From the human T2T-CHM13v2.0 reference genome, Homo sapiens, in NCBI RefSeq assembly GCF_009914755.1, contig NC_060927.1: a DNA stretch of 64,000 nt; one strand, written 5' to 3'. Below, in pieces: positions 40,657 to 53,590 of this stretch. Positions within the stretch are counted from its first letter, which is position 1, and every line of letters begins with the position of its first letter. The notes beneath the pieces are model-generated. The model saw nothing but the letters and a program-made list of their open reading frames with translations. It made no database searches and was not told where the DNA came from. Made by a program: the position numbers and the translations under genes.

Positions 40657-40946
40657 AGCCGGGAGTGATGGCTCACACCTGTAATCCCTGCACTTTGGGT
40701 GGCTGAGGTGGGTGGATCACTTGAGGTCAGGGGTTCAAGACCAGCCTGGCCAACACGGTAAAACCCCATCTCTACTAAAAATACAAAAATTAGGTGGGCC
40801 TGGTGGCGGGCGCTTGTAATCCCAGCTACTTGGGAGGCTGAGGCACAAAAATTGCTTAAACCCAGGAGGTAGAGGTTGCGGTTAGCTGAGATCACACCAT
40901 TGTACTCCAGCCTGGGCGACAGCGAGACTCCATTTCAAAAAAGAAA
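40657..40946 (+). mobile_element. AluSx/Sz-like
   Basis: Both arms, GGATCACTTGAGGTCAGG, short A tail. Confidence 0.92.
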
Positions 40947-41535
40947 GCCCTCCTTCAGGGCTTAAAACACTAACCCAAACAATAACAAAAGGATCAAATA
41001 ATTATATGTAAAGGCTCATATGAAAAGGCACATAACACCAGTGCTCCATTTTACCTCATTTCATTTACTGCCTTTAAACTTTGTTTTCCAGGTAAACCAT
41101 CTAAACAGGCAGGTGACCTGCCAGAGAAAAATCTGGCACATTAGGAAGTAAAGATGCCTGCCTCATCCCACAACAAGATGCAGCAATGTCTCACAGTTCT
41201 ACAACTCTAGGGGCAATCCTGCCCAACTTTGCAAATTTTGCATAAACCGTGGGTTTCAAGTGACTTTGGAATGAGAGGGAAAGGGAAGGCAGCACGAAGG
41301 ATAAGCTGGCTGACATTGTAAAGTGGATACAGGAAACTGGGACTTAACCGGAAGCAGGAAAAGGAATATAGTATCTTTGTGTTCTGGTACATAGGATTAT
41401 TCAATATACATATTTATTATACATGTTAAATTGTCTGAGACCCGGAAATGAGAGATACTGTTAAAGGAGTAAAGATGAGATGAGGTAACAGAAAAGGAGA
41501 GGAGTAAATATGAGTCCTAAGGAGGGGTTACATGA

Positions 41536-41895
<360 letters not shown>

Positions 41896-42558
41896 CCTTT
41901 GCTGCTATTTTTAAAAATACATATTCAACATATCCGGTGAAATCATTCAAAGATGCATACAGATAAGTGATTATTTTACTCTAACGTAAAGCCTCTTTGT
42001 AAGACCTACCCTTCACTGTCTGTCCCAGCATATGCCCTAGGACTTCCTCTGACCATGAACAGTACCATGCCACTGAAGGAGATCTGTTTCAACAGAGCCT
42101 CCTCCTGCTGCTCCTAACTTTATTTCCATTCCACTAGCATTCTCAAAGTCATGCAAAACATAACAACCTGACTTTGTAACTGTTTAACCTTACTTTTTAC
42201 ACGTAAAAATTATTAAATATGTGTAACTGCTGGGGGGAGGATAATATAATGGCATGTCAGTCAGGTAACAGGTAAGCTACATTTCATGGAAAAGAAGGGG
42301 AATGCTTTCTTCAGAAAGTGAAGTCATCATTCTTTTATTTAACTGACATAATATTTATACCCCAATTTTTAAAATGGCAGCTACAAATAGAAGTCGAAAG
42401 AGGGTAAATTCTCCAAGGGAATCTAGCCCTGAAATTTTACCATTTTAAAAGTTCTATTTTACAAGTACATAGGAACATTACTACTATTATAAGGATACTC
42501 ACAGCAGGTCAATTATTTCAAACTCTTTGAAAAAAAAATCAAAATTAAGTAAACCTAC

Positions 42559-42651
42559 CTTTCAGAAGACTGCTACCTCTTCGGAGTCCTCAGTGGCAGG
42601 ATGCACAGAGCTTTTATAGAGGGTCTAAGCAGGCAGGTATTCCTAGGATAC
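42559..42651 (-). other. FHIT: FHIT exon 4 (non-coding 5'UTR exon, 93 nt)
   Basis: Minus strand reads ctgaatttcttgtccttggtgtag|GTATCCTAGGAATACCTGCCTGCTTAGACCCTCTATAAAAGCTCTGTGCATCCTGCCACTGAGGACTCCGAAGAGGTAGCAGTCTTCTGAAAG|gtaggt: polypyrimidine tract plus AG acceptor, AAG|GTAGGT donor, no ATG. Sequence and 93-nt length match my recollection of the FHIT 5'UTR directly upstream of the exon carrying the start codon. Confidence 0.93.
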
Positions 42652-43179
42652 CTACACCAAGGACAAGAAATTCAGATGATTATTTCAGCAGTGATCCAGA
42701 TGGCTCTAGGTACAATTTCATTAGGAACGTTCACCATGAATACTGAGCATTGCCACACAGGTATTGTTAAAAGGGCAGAATGAAGGTACATATGTGATTT
42801 TTGCAGGCATTGTCATTAATCTGTACATGGGAGACTGTGGCTCAAAAGGGTGTAAGTGGTTCATACATGATCACACAAGAAAAGGGGCAGAACCATGCCT
42901 TAATTATTCATTTCTGATTCCTAGTCCAGGGTTGTTTCAGCCACATCATCTGATCCTCCTCAAGAACTGGAAAGTCCTGGCACTGGGGCTTTCCATTTTG
43001 CAAAAAGATGAGGCTGACCCGTGAGTCTGGTGGGAAGAGTCTTTCTCTGGTTTTCTGGTGGTCTATGCCAAGTCACCTGTCTGAAGTGTCCTGTGTGGCC
43101 AGTTTACTCACTTTCCCTTGAAACTCTGGTGTCCACAGAATCTGAAGGAATCTGACAAGCAAAGAAACATGGGTTTTTT

Positions 43180-43385
43180 TGGTCCCACTGGCCTGAGTTT
43201 GAATCCTAGTAATGTGTTTACTACTTCTGTGTCCTATGTAGCTGCTCAACATCACTGAGGCTCACTTTCTATCTCTATCAAACGGGTATAATAATATTTG
43301 AAGGGTACATTTATGAAGAGGATTTTTTTTTTCTAAATGAGAATAAAGTATCAAGTACAGTTTCTGGCACATGTTAGATGCTAGG
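43180..43385 (+). mobile_element. MIR
   Basis: CCTGAGTTTGAATCCTAG...GGCTCACTTTCT...TCTGGCACATG. Confidence 0.6.
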
Positions 43386-43704
43386 GCAAAGTGAAAGCCC
43401 CATGACCCACCTTACTTGCAGGGATAACCCCAAAGTGGACAAGTGACAGGGAGGCTATTGAGACCTTGCTGCTCATAAATCACTCAATGACAATGCACTA
43501 ATCCCCTAACTGGCTGGTTCCTCACTGCTCTGACCTCTACCTCTGGGTTTCCTTCATGTACACTTCTTTGAAATAAAAATATCATAAACACCAATTCATT
43601 CCCTAGGATCTCATTTAGAGGTAATCGTTTCCTTTTTTAATCTAATAATCTTGGTCTACATCATGTTACATGGTCAGCTCAATGTAGTAATTGAAAGCAG
43701 ATGA

Positions 43705-44960
43705 TCATTCATTTAACAAGTATTTATTGAGACTCTACTAAGGTGTCAGGCACTATTCTCTATAGCAGTGAACATAATAGTCCAAGATCAGGCCATCATG
43801 CTGCCTACCTTCTGGTAGAGGAGACAAACAAACAAAATATATATGTAAAATACATGAGTGGTTAAATAGTTCTAAGGACTCTGGAGAAACACAAAGTAGG
43901 AAGGGAGATGGTGAGTACTATGGGTTGAATTCTGTTCCCCCAACCCCTCCCCATCAGGAAAAAAGATATGTTGAAGTCCTAACCCTCAGTACTTAGAATG
44001 TGACCTTATTTGGTAATAGGATTGATACAGATATAATTATTTAAGTTAAGATGAAGTCATACTGGAGATCGGTGGGCAGGCCTCTCATCCAATATGATTG
44101 GATATAAGAGGATGACCACGTGAAGACACAGAGACACACGGGAGAAGGAACGCCATGTGAGAATAAAGGCAGAGATTGGAGTTATGTAGCTGCAAGCCAA
44201 GGATTGCCAGCAAATCACTAGAAGTTAGGAAAAGGCAAAGAAAGATTCCCCTGCAGATTTTAGAGGGAGCATGGCCCTGGTGACACTTTGATTTCAGACT
44301 TGTAGCCTCCAGAACTATGAGACAATAAATTTCGGTTGTTTTAAGCCACTCAGTATATGGTACTTAGTTACTGCCACCCTAGGAAATCAATACAGTGTGT
44401 TTGGGGAGATTGTTGCATTTTTGAGCAAGGAGATCAGGAAAGATCTCACTGAAAAGGTAATGTCTCAGGGAAGATTTGAGGTGCAGGGGACAGCCATGAT
44501 GATGGCTCTGGATGAAGAAATTCTAGGCAGAGGGAACAGAAAGTACAAACCTCCCAGGCAGGTGCATGTTTGTATGTTAGAACAGCAGGGAGGCCAGTAT
44601 GGCTGGAATAGCCAGGGGAGAGTGGCAGGAAACCAGGTCAGAGTGATGACAAGGAGCTGGAGGGTGCTAGACCTTATGGGCCACTCTAAGAACTTAGGCT
44701 TTTACTTGGAGCAAGGTGGGAAGCCATTGCCTACTTCTGAGCAGAGGTGAACCAAGATCTGACTTACATTTTAATAAGCTCTCTCTGGCTATTCGGTAAG
44801 AATAAACTGAAGAACAAGGCCACTTAGGAGGCTCCTGCAGTTATCCTGGTGAATAAAGGTGCTAGCCAGGTAGCACACAGGAGAGTGAAAACTGGTCAGT
44901 CCTATGCGAAATATTTTGAAAGCAGATCCAAAAGGATTTGCAATAGATTGCAGGTAGAGA
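43705..44960 (-). mobile_element. L2a interrupted by an MLT1C
   Basis: CATTCATTTAACAAGTATTTATTGAG...GGCAGAGGGAACAG...GGGAAGCCATTG...ATATTTTGAAAGCAGA. Confidence 0.8.
43916..44394 (+). mobile_element. MLT1C-like solo LTR
   Basis: TACTATGGGTTGAATT...GAATGTGACCTTATTTGG...CCCTAGGAAATCAATACA; TSD GTGAG / GTGTG. Confidence 0.88.
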
Positions 44961-45230
44961 TACGCCTGACTTCTTGATAGTACATAGAATTAAATTAGAA
45001 ACCGTAACAACTTAACTGTACTGATCATCTGAATAAATTATCTTCTCAAATGCCAGACCAGCCAAAGATATTAGCAACAGGTTTAACAGACAGGGAATAA
45101 GTAACCAGAATATATAAGGAACTCCTAAAATCAACAAAAAGAAAAAGGTAAACAAATAAATATTTTTTAAAATCATGATTCAAAGAAGGAACAATGGACC
45201 ATGGACATAAGAAAAGCAGCTCAACCTCAC

Positions 45231-45599
45231 TGATATGGTTTGGCTGTGTCCCCACCCAAGTCTCACCTTGAATTGTAACTCCCACAATTCCCATGTGTCA
45301 TGGGAGGAACCTGGTGGGAGGTAATTGAATCATGGGGGTGGGTCTCTCCCATGCTGTTCTCATGAGAGTGAATAAGTCTCGAGAGATCTGATGGTTTAAA
45401 ACATGGGAGTCTCTCTGCACAAGCTCTCTATTTGTCTGCTGCCATCCCTGTAAGATGTGACTTGCTCCTCCTTGCCTTCCACCATGATTGTGAGGCCACC
45501 CCAGCTACACGGAACTGTAAGTCCATTAAACTTCTTTCTGTTGTAAATTGCCCAATCTCCAGTATGTCTTTATCAGCAGCATGAAAACTGACTAATACT
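45231..45599 (+). mobile_element. THE1B-like solo LTR
   Basis: TGATATGGTTTGGCTGTGTCCCCACCCAA...GACTAATAC; TSD CTCAC at 45226-45230 and 45600-45604. Confidence 0.94.
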
Positions 45600-46110
45600 C
45601 TCACTAAACATGAGGAAAATGCAAATGAAAATAATGGGATTCTACTTTATTTCTATCAGACTAGTTAACATGAAAAAGACTGACACAATTCAGTGTTGTC
45701 CAAGATATGAGAAAAAATAGCATATTATTCTAGTTTACTTCCAGCGGAATCATGAATTGGTATATTATTCTATTGAGCAATTTTACTGTATTATCAAAAG
45801 TGACAGTACACATATGCCACGGCATAGTAACTCTTCTTGGGGGGTATACCAGGGCTAAGAAACATACACATAAGGGGACATATATTAAATCAGTATAACA
45901 AAACTTGGAAATGACCTAAAAGTCACCCTTAAAGGCAAATCAGTAAATAAAATATGCTATATTTATATGATTAAAGGACATATGGCTGTTAAAAAGAATA
46001 GATTGGTTTTATAGGCATCAGTGTGGATGTTTCATAAATGTCATGGGCAGAAAAGCAACACAAAGGAAAATGTTAACATACAAACACAATAGTATGTATT
46101 CATTGTAGGT

Positions 46111-46451
46111 CGGGGTCCCCAACCGCCAGGCGGCAGACCAGTACCAGTCTGTGGCCTGTTAGGGACCAGGCCACACAGCAGGAGGTGAGTGGTGGGCAAG
46201 CGAGCATTACCGCCTGAGCTCCACCTCCTGTCAGATCAGCGGGGACATTAGGTTCTCATAGGAGCAGGAACCCTAGTGTGAACTGTGCATGCGAGGGATC
46301 TAGGCTGCCTGCTCCTTATGATGAGACCCTAACGCCTGATGATCTGAGGTGGAACAGTTTCATCCCAAAACCATACCCCCCACCTCCCCATCCATGGAAA
46401 AATTATCTTCCACAAAACCAGTCCCTGGTGCCAAAAAGTTGGGGACTGCTG
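46111..46451. mobile_element. MER1B (hAT-Charlie)
   Basis: GGGGTCCCCAACC...GAGCTCCACCTCCTGTCAGATCAGC...GGTGCCAAAAAGTTGGGGACTGCTG. Confidence 0.92.
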
Positions 46452-46763
46452 CTGTGGATACACATATATGTATGTAAAAGTATAAACAACGGACTAGTCA
46501 AATACATCCCAAATTTATGGTAGGGAATTTTAGGCAGGGGTACAGGCAGCAAAGAAAGTGGAGGGTGGAGGGAAGGACAGGACATTATTGGTGAAAATGA
46601 TTTGGTTTTATCAATAACTTCTTTAAAAAGGAAAAAAACAACACTGGAAGCAAATCTGACCAAACAAAAACAGATACTCGTTTTGGGATAGTGAGAGTAC
46701 AGATGATCATTACACTAGTTTTTGTGCTCATCTGTGCTTTTTTGTTTTCTGCGAGTAAAGAAA

Positions 46764-46848
46764 GGAGGAAAGGGAGGGAGGGATGAATGGATGGAAGGAA
46801 GGAAGGAAGGAAGGAAGGAAGGAAGGAAGGAAAGAAGGAAGGAAGGGA
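46764..46848. repeat. Polypurine tract with (GGAA)10 at 46793-46832
   Basis: Seen directly. Confidence 0.95.
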
Positions 46849-46916
46849 GTTACCAGTTCTGGACTGCACTTAAGCTAATCGCTAATCATAGATGGGGATA
46901 GATGAGGTTAGTTTTT

Positions 46917-47148
<232 letters not shown>

Positions 47149-48587
47149 GAGGTTAGTTTTTTAAGGATGAAACTCAAAACTATGTTTTAATAATCAGCGT
47201 GACCATTGGTGATTCCTAGCAGACTGTCTCAGCGTGGAGGGCTGAATTTCAGTTCAGCCCGCAGAGGGAACCATCTGTCATTTGGAATGACAAGGAGCTC
47301 TCTGCCAGGGGAACACCAGAACACCGGAAGCAGCCATGGTCTTCACTGCATCCCCACTGGCCCTGGAACCACCAACACTACAGGACACAGGAACACACAT
47401 TTACAGACAAAGTAAACCAAGGGTACACCATGGACATCTTTTCAACCTTTTTAAAAGCACATTGCAATTTTCTAGAATCAAGGGAACAATATGCTTGATT
47501 AGTTCTTCAGCAGATTTCGCAATTTTGCTTGTCATATTTCTCTCTTTAAAGCAAGTTGGTCATTAACCTTCCATGTTCTAGGACTTGAGATTAGGTTTTC
47601 CCCCCACAAAAAGAAAACTTTGCTTAAAAAAAAAAGAGTTTGCTTTAGGATAATTCATTTTTGCTGCTAATAACTGCAAGATCCTCTTTGAGCCAAGGAG
47701 GTCATTCTTGAAAGGGGCTAGAATTGTGAAGAATGTTCCTTCTCTTCCTGGAGAGAGAGTCTGTGAAGGCAAAAAAGTTTGCAGGAAAGTTCAGTAATCA
47801 TGAAGTGAAAGCCCAAAGTGACCTGAATACTTCCTCCTGGGTCAATATTGTATGTTTAAAAAGAAACAACCAAACCTTCAAAGAAAAATCTGGCCATCCC
47901 CAAATCCCAATACATGAAACTAGAAGGCAGGAGGCACCAGTAGAATGCTGGCTTTGCTCTCATTGCTTGGCCTCCATCACAGTTACAATAGTTGCATATC
48001 ATCCTTTTGTACGTGTCATCCTAAAAATGGGATTTGGATTGGTTTCTAACAATAAAACGAGCAAGGTAGAAAAGGAATATTATGAATAAGTTACCAATGT
48101 AAATATGCTATTTTGCGCCTTTGAATTTGAGTGTTGATAAACATGATTCCACACATGGAAATTAGACTTTTCAGAGCTACTACACTGAATCATTTAATTT
48201 GTCTGAGTAAGTACTTATAATAATGTGGCTGCTCTGCACTGCAATAAACATCGGGTTTTCAAATGAACAAATGAAGTATGTGATACTCCTTATAAATGGA
48301 ACTGCAGCAAAGGGCGTTCAGCTAGGGAGCTGTGCACTAAAATGGGATGGGTGATAAGAACATCTCTCTCCAGCTCCACTGATAGTGAAAGGAAAGAATC
48401 ATATGGCCTCTGCTGCTACATTTTCTGTTCCTGGACAGAAGCAAGGCTGAAGCCTCACTGTGAAATGATGGGGGACTGTTGCTATTTTGGGTTGTCACAG
48501 GGTAACTTGTCACACTACTCAGGACACATGAGGACAGATAATTCTGTTCCTCCAGATTGTGGACTTGAGAATGCTTTAGTAAAATAG

Positions 48588-48803
48588 CACAGGGATATAT
48601 TTTGGATAGTGGTTAAGGACATGGGTTTGAATCCTGGGCTCTACCAACCAAATAGGTGCATGATTGTACCCAAGTAATCATCAGTCTTCTCCATGCTCAT
48701 TTTCCTATTTGGTAAAATAAGGATAATAACTTTGGCTTCCTCATTAAGTTATTAGGGGGATTCAGTGAGATAATTTATGTAAAGAACCTGGCACATGATT
48801 AGA
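48588..48803 (+). mobile_element. MIR
   Basis: GTGGTTAAGGAC...GGGTTTGAATCCTGG...GTAAAATAAGGATAATA...CCTGGCACAT. Confidence 0.8.
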
Positions 48804-48906
48804 ATTCACCTTTTTTAACATTATCATTTTAACATTATCATCACATTTTTAACATTATCATTCACCTTTTTTAACATTAACATAACCATTTTAACATTAT
48901 CATTAT
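48804..48906. repeat. Irregular tandem repeat of TTTTAACATTA(TCA), 5 copies
   Basis: Copies at about 48813, 48827, 48847, 48869 and 48889. Confidence 0.9.
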
Positions 48907-49201
48907 ATATGTCATCATTATTATTATATTTAACCTTACTTTCATTTTAATCCATTATTCAATTTTCCTTCAACGCTCATTAAAAGCACAACTCACTACA
49001 TTGTTTAGTAATTAATTACTTTTGTTCATTTAACAAAGTATTTATACTTTGTTATATGTGCCAGGCACATATGCTAGGGGCTAGGGTACATAGGTGATCT
49101 AATCCTCCTGGAAGCTATTAGAGGAGATGGGCATGAGTCAAAGGCTCCCATAGGAAGTGAAACCTTTGAAACTCAGGGAACAGGTCTAAAAGAAAGGAGC
49201 A

Positions 49202-49510
49202 GGCTAGGCATGGTGGCTCATGCCTGTAATCCCAGCACGTTGGGAGGTGAGGTGAGTTGATCACCTGAGGTCAGGAGTTTGAGACCAGCCTGACCAACAT
49301 GGCAAAAACCCATCTCTACTAAAAATACAAAAATTAGCCAGGCATGGTGGCGGGTGCCTGTAATCCCAGCCACTTGGGAGACTGAGGCAGGAGATTCAGT
49401 TCAACCCGGGAGGCAGAGGTTGCAGTGAGCCGAGATGGTGCCACTGAACTCCAGCCTGGGCAACAAAAGTGAAATGCTGTCTCAAAACAAACAAATAAAC
49501 AAACAAAAAC
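49202..49510 (+). mobile_element. AluSq/Sx-like inside an L2
   Basis: Both arms; TSD AAAGGAGCAG. Confidence 0.92.
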
Positions 49511-50369
49511 AAAGGAGCAGATCACTCTAAGAGATACTAAAACAAAGGAACTTAAATTAAACCTGAGACCTGAAGGATGAGAAGGAGAACAAGGGATGGA
49601 ATGATGGCTTTCTTGAGAGAAACACAACAATATTCAAAGGCATGGAGTATACAGCACTTTATCATTGTTATCAAAAGTCATTGCAAAATGATCTACTGAA
49701 TAGCTCAATTAAATCTAACAACTATGTGACAAGCACCTACTATGAGCCAAGCGCAGTGCCAAACTCTAGAAACACCATAGTAAAGACAGATATGATCCAT
49801 GCCTGCATCCTTACCTCCCAACACCTACTACTATGTTTGAAAACCACACCAAAGTCAATATTTACTTTGTAACCAATAAATTACCCCTCTGGGTTTGATC
49901 ACAGAGAGATTTCACCTGCATGGAAAAACTGGAATGCTTTCTCTGGTCAGACAAGGAATGTTACATATGCCAAATAATTCCCTTTCTTCTTAGTTGCTGG
50001 ATATCTACAACCAAATTTAGTTTATTCCATGGGCCTACCAACTTATACTACTAAAGATGGCCATGTTTCTCTTTCATGATTAATTGTTCTATTATTTGTA
50101 GACTACCTTTAATTTAGTAAACAGCCTCAGCCTCAAATTATTTGGAAAGTTATTAGAAGAGGAGAAAAAAGTAAAAGAAAACAAGGAAAAGAGATCTCAA
50201 GTTTCTTGAGATCTGGGAATTGTCCAATGTGCTTTCTGTAGTATTCGTGGTACCTAACATGGTGCTGGATGGAAAGCATTTAATAACTTCTGATTGTCAG
50301 ATGGATGAAGAATATAAAGCTTTCCTGGTTCAACTTGGGCTCCATTAGAAGGAGGGAAGAACTGAAACT

Positions 50370-50899
50370 CGGTAGATCAGAATATGCCTCCCCACAACAT
50401 CCTTCTTTAGCATAAGGATTATTTTGAGCTGATTATTTTGAGAGACTGCAGCTACAGGAGAAGATCTGAAAACAGAAGAGAAGTTACCTTTTTGTAAAAG
50501 GATTTTACATCTATAAAGGAAATTTCTACTCATAAGGGTGTCTCCCTTTCTGTACCAGGAAGAGAAGGATGACCAAATCACTAGAGACTCTTACCAATGG
50601 AGAAGACACCAACTTAAATCTGCATAACAAACCTTACTCATGTTTACCATACTTTTCCTGGGCATCCCTCCACAACTGACTATCCCCCATACCCTTCTTT
50701 TTTTTCTTTCAGTGGACAATGGTATTTGAGCCTGATCTCAAAGCCACCTCTTTGAGATTTATTCATATCTCTGGGTATCTTCCACGTGTACATGAGATAC
50801 ACATATTTTTAACTTCTGTTTGTTTTTCTCTTGTTTCTGGGTCTATCCCAACCTAAGGACCATAAAGGGTAAAGAGAAAATTATTTTTCCTTCCCTACA
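50370..50899 (+). mobile_element. MER34-family ERV1 solo LTR
   Basis: TCAGAATATGCC...GCATAAGGATTATTTTGAGCTG...TTATTTTTCCTTCCCTACA. Confidence 0.78.
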
Positions 50900-52224
50900 C
50901 TTACTTTTCTGTAGTCTCCAGGTTCAGAGGAAAGAACTCAAAAAAGTGGCTGAAAAGTTTAGCATGATTTTCATTGTAAAGCAGCCCAATAACCAAACAG
51001 AAGCACCACATAAACCAAAAGAAGAGAGTGGTAAGTGAAATATAAGGTACCATTAGAGATTTCTCTCAGGGAATAAGATTCTTGTAACAAAATATTTACC
51101 TTTCTTATTCTGGTGCTAGTAAAAATAAGAGAAATGTCACAATTTTAATTAATGTCTAAGCAACAGGGAAAAATATTAAGCTACTTTATGACAAAATGGA
51201 AATATATTTGTAATTCTATATCCTAATGTTCTCTCAGTTATTTTGGAAAAACTATTAGTCCTTTGGTCTCTTCTACATTAGGAGAGCAAAAAGCTATAAT
51301 ATGGCCTATCTGGCTAACTATCGGGAATCGGAGAAATCAATTTAAAAGAAATTTGGAAGACACCTACATTATCGATATTAGAGCAAAGTAGAGATCTGCC
51401 TTGTTCACAGCAAAGCAATCCAATTCACACACACACACACAAAACAAATGTTGCATTTATGGAAGTATTAAAACATCTCATCCTTGTCCTTAGCTTAACA
51501 TATTAATGAGAATTTCTGAATTAATCTCCAATCGTGAACTGTGTCTAGGTGTGATATAAGGGCAGTAAATACTGTGCAGCTTGCTTCAGGCATGTTTTAT
51601 GACAGATTCTCTGACAGATAGAAAATCTTTAAGATTAAATTATTTCTGTATTTTCCTAAGAAACTCATCAGTACTAACAAGCATACCACTTCCCCAACTA
51701 GTTGATAAACAGAAAAGAAAATATTATTAAGTGATGGCACTTGAGGAAATAGTTAAAAGGAGAAACTCAGAACATAAGATTGTGATTATATATAATGAGG
51801 AGATTCTCAAAATGGCACAGAAAGGAAAGGAACGAGTTGAAGCTGAAAAACATATGTTTTTAGGAGGTAAGTTATTCCATAAAGCAATTACTAAAATGTG
51901 AGAGTTCTTCTCATGGTTCTCAACCTTATACTCTGAAAGAGAACTTCTTATAATGCAAGACTAAGAGAGCCAATTACTTCAGCACCAAGGTACATCCTAA
52001 ATCTCTGGACTTGGCAGTTCAAAAAAACTCTTGGAAAATGTTCTTCTAAAATCTTCACTAACAGCCCTGACTTTAGAAATGTAGACTCTAAAAGGATGAA
52101 TAAAAACTAACCAATTAGATAGCAAAATGGAGAAGAGAGAGCACTGAATAAAAAGACCTGCCAGAGTTCGGGTTGTACCTCTGCCACCAGCTTCAGACTT
52201 AGTTCATATTTACAATAAAACCAT

Positions 52225-52440
52225 AATCATAAAAATTAATAATTATGGAACACTTAGTATGCCAATAACTTTTCATATATTATCTAATTTAATCATCCTA
52301 ACAACCTATGAGGGAGACACCACATAAGAGAAAAGCAGTTGAAGAGTTTGTCCAAGACCACCCAGCTGCTCTGAGTGATGGGTTAGGATTCAAACACGAT
52401 TTTTTTGGACCCCAGAGCCCAACCCTTAACCACTCACTCT
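52225..52440 (-). mobile_element. MIR
   Basis: TTTAATCATCCTAACAACCTATGAG...TTGTCCAAGACCACCCAGC...GGATTCAAAC. Confidence 0.75.
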
Positions 52441-52674
52441 GCAGAATAGTTCAGAAACCTCCTAGGATGATCTAAAAGGCTTCTTTCAGCAATAGGGCGC
52501 TAAGATTTATGAGACATGATTGTATAATGGAAAAAAATCTCAGGTTTTTGAAGTGACTTTGTAGCCCAGTTGAGCAGCTTCTTCTCTAAGCCTCAGAATC
52601 TTAGATAACAACACTACTTACCTTACAAGCTGGCCTAAGGATCAGAGATAATACTAGAGCCCTTAGCCCCAAGT

Positions 52675-52975
52675 AATAATAATAATAATAGGCAGCATTT
52701 ATATAATGCTCATTATGTGCTGGGCACCATCTAAACATTTTTTTCCCCACATTAAAGTATGCAATCTTCACAATGACCTTAAAAGTACTATTATTTTGTA
52801 CTTTTTATCTAATTGTATAAGAATACAATTAGATAAAAAGAAAAAAAAAGAGTTCTATTGTTTTGATTCCTGTTTTACCAATGAGGAAACAGAGGCAAAG
52901 AGAGTTAAATTACTTGACCTAAATCACAGTTACTAAGTTGCAGATCTTGGATTCTGATCCAGACAGAATGACTCA
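52675..52975 (-). mobile_element. MIR (interrupted)
   Basis: ATGAGGAAACAGAGGCAAAGAGAGTTAAATTACTTG. Confidence 0.7.
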
Positions 52976-53371
52976 CTGGACAACCCAAAACATATTGGAG
53001 GCACTCCTACTGATACATAAAGAACCTCCTTGCCATGCCCAATGTCTGTGTCACTCTCACCCAAAGTAACAAATTTAACATAAACTTGGGAGGATGAAAT
53101 ACATAGGGATGCCCAGATAACCTGCCTACTGTCATTCCGCAGATTGTGCCTTTAAAAAAACCAATTTCAATAGAAACCAGCAAGAAAGAGATACATCAGG
53201 TATGTCAGACATACGTGGTCACAACTATTTTTTCTCCTTCCTGGCTAATCACTCCCTTTGTGTTGATAATGTGCTGCTTTAAATCAATTCATAAAAAAAA
53301 AAAAAAGCACAGAGGCACCATAAAAGTCGTTTTTCCTGTTTTCAATCTGGAAGAAATTCAGTCTCTTATTC

Positions 53372-53590
53372 ATTTTAAAAACTATTTTAATAATAGCTTT
53401 TACTTAACCCAATATATCAAAAATATTATTTCAACATGTTAATAAAAGTTAATAAGAGATTTTACGCTAAGCATTCAAAATTCAGAGTGTACTTTACATT
53501 TAAGGCCCATCTCAAATCAGACTAACCTGATTAGTCTGAATGCTCAGTAGCCATATATGTTGCTAGTGGCTACCATATTAGACAACACAG
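53372..53590. mobile_element. MER33/MER3-type hAT-Charlie element
   Basis: TTAACCCAATATATCAAAAATATTATTTCAACATG...GCTAGTGGCTACCATATTAGACAACACAG. Confidence 0.82.

Larger units (their letters stand above)
45050..46740 (+). mobile_element. L1ME-type 3' region interrupted by THE1 and MER1B
   Basis: CCAGAATATATAAGGAACTCC...CAACCTCAC|TAAACATGAGGAAAATGCAAAT; degenerate. Confidence 0.65.

Noticed and set aside
41081-41115. + strand TTTTCCAG|GTAAAC splice-like motif
   Set aside because: Antisense to FHIT with no supporting partner exon; such motifs are common by chance.
48804-48906. CRISPR-like repeat-spacer array
   Set aside because: Eukaryotic DNA, 11-nt cores, short related spacers, no cas genes.
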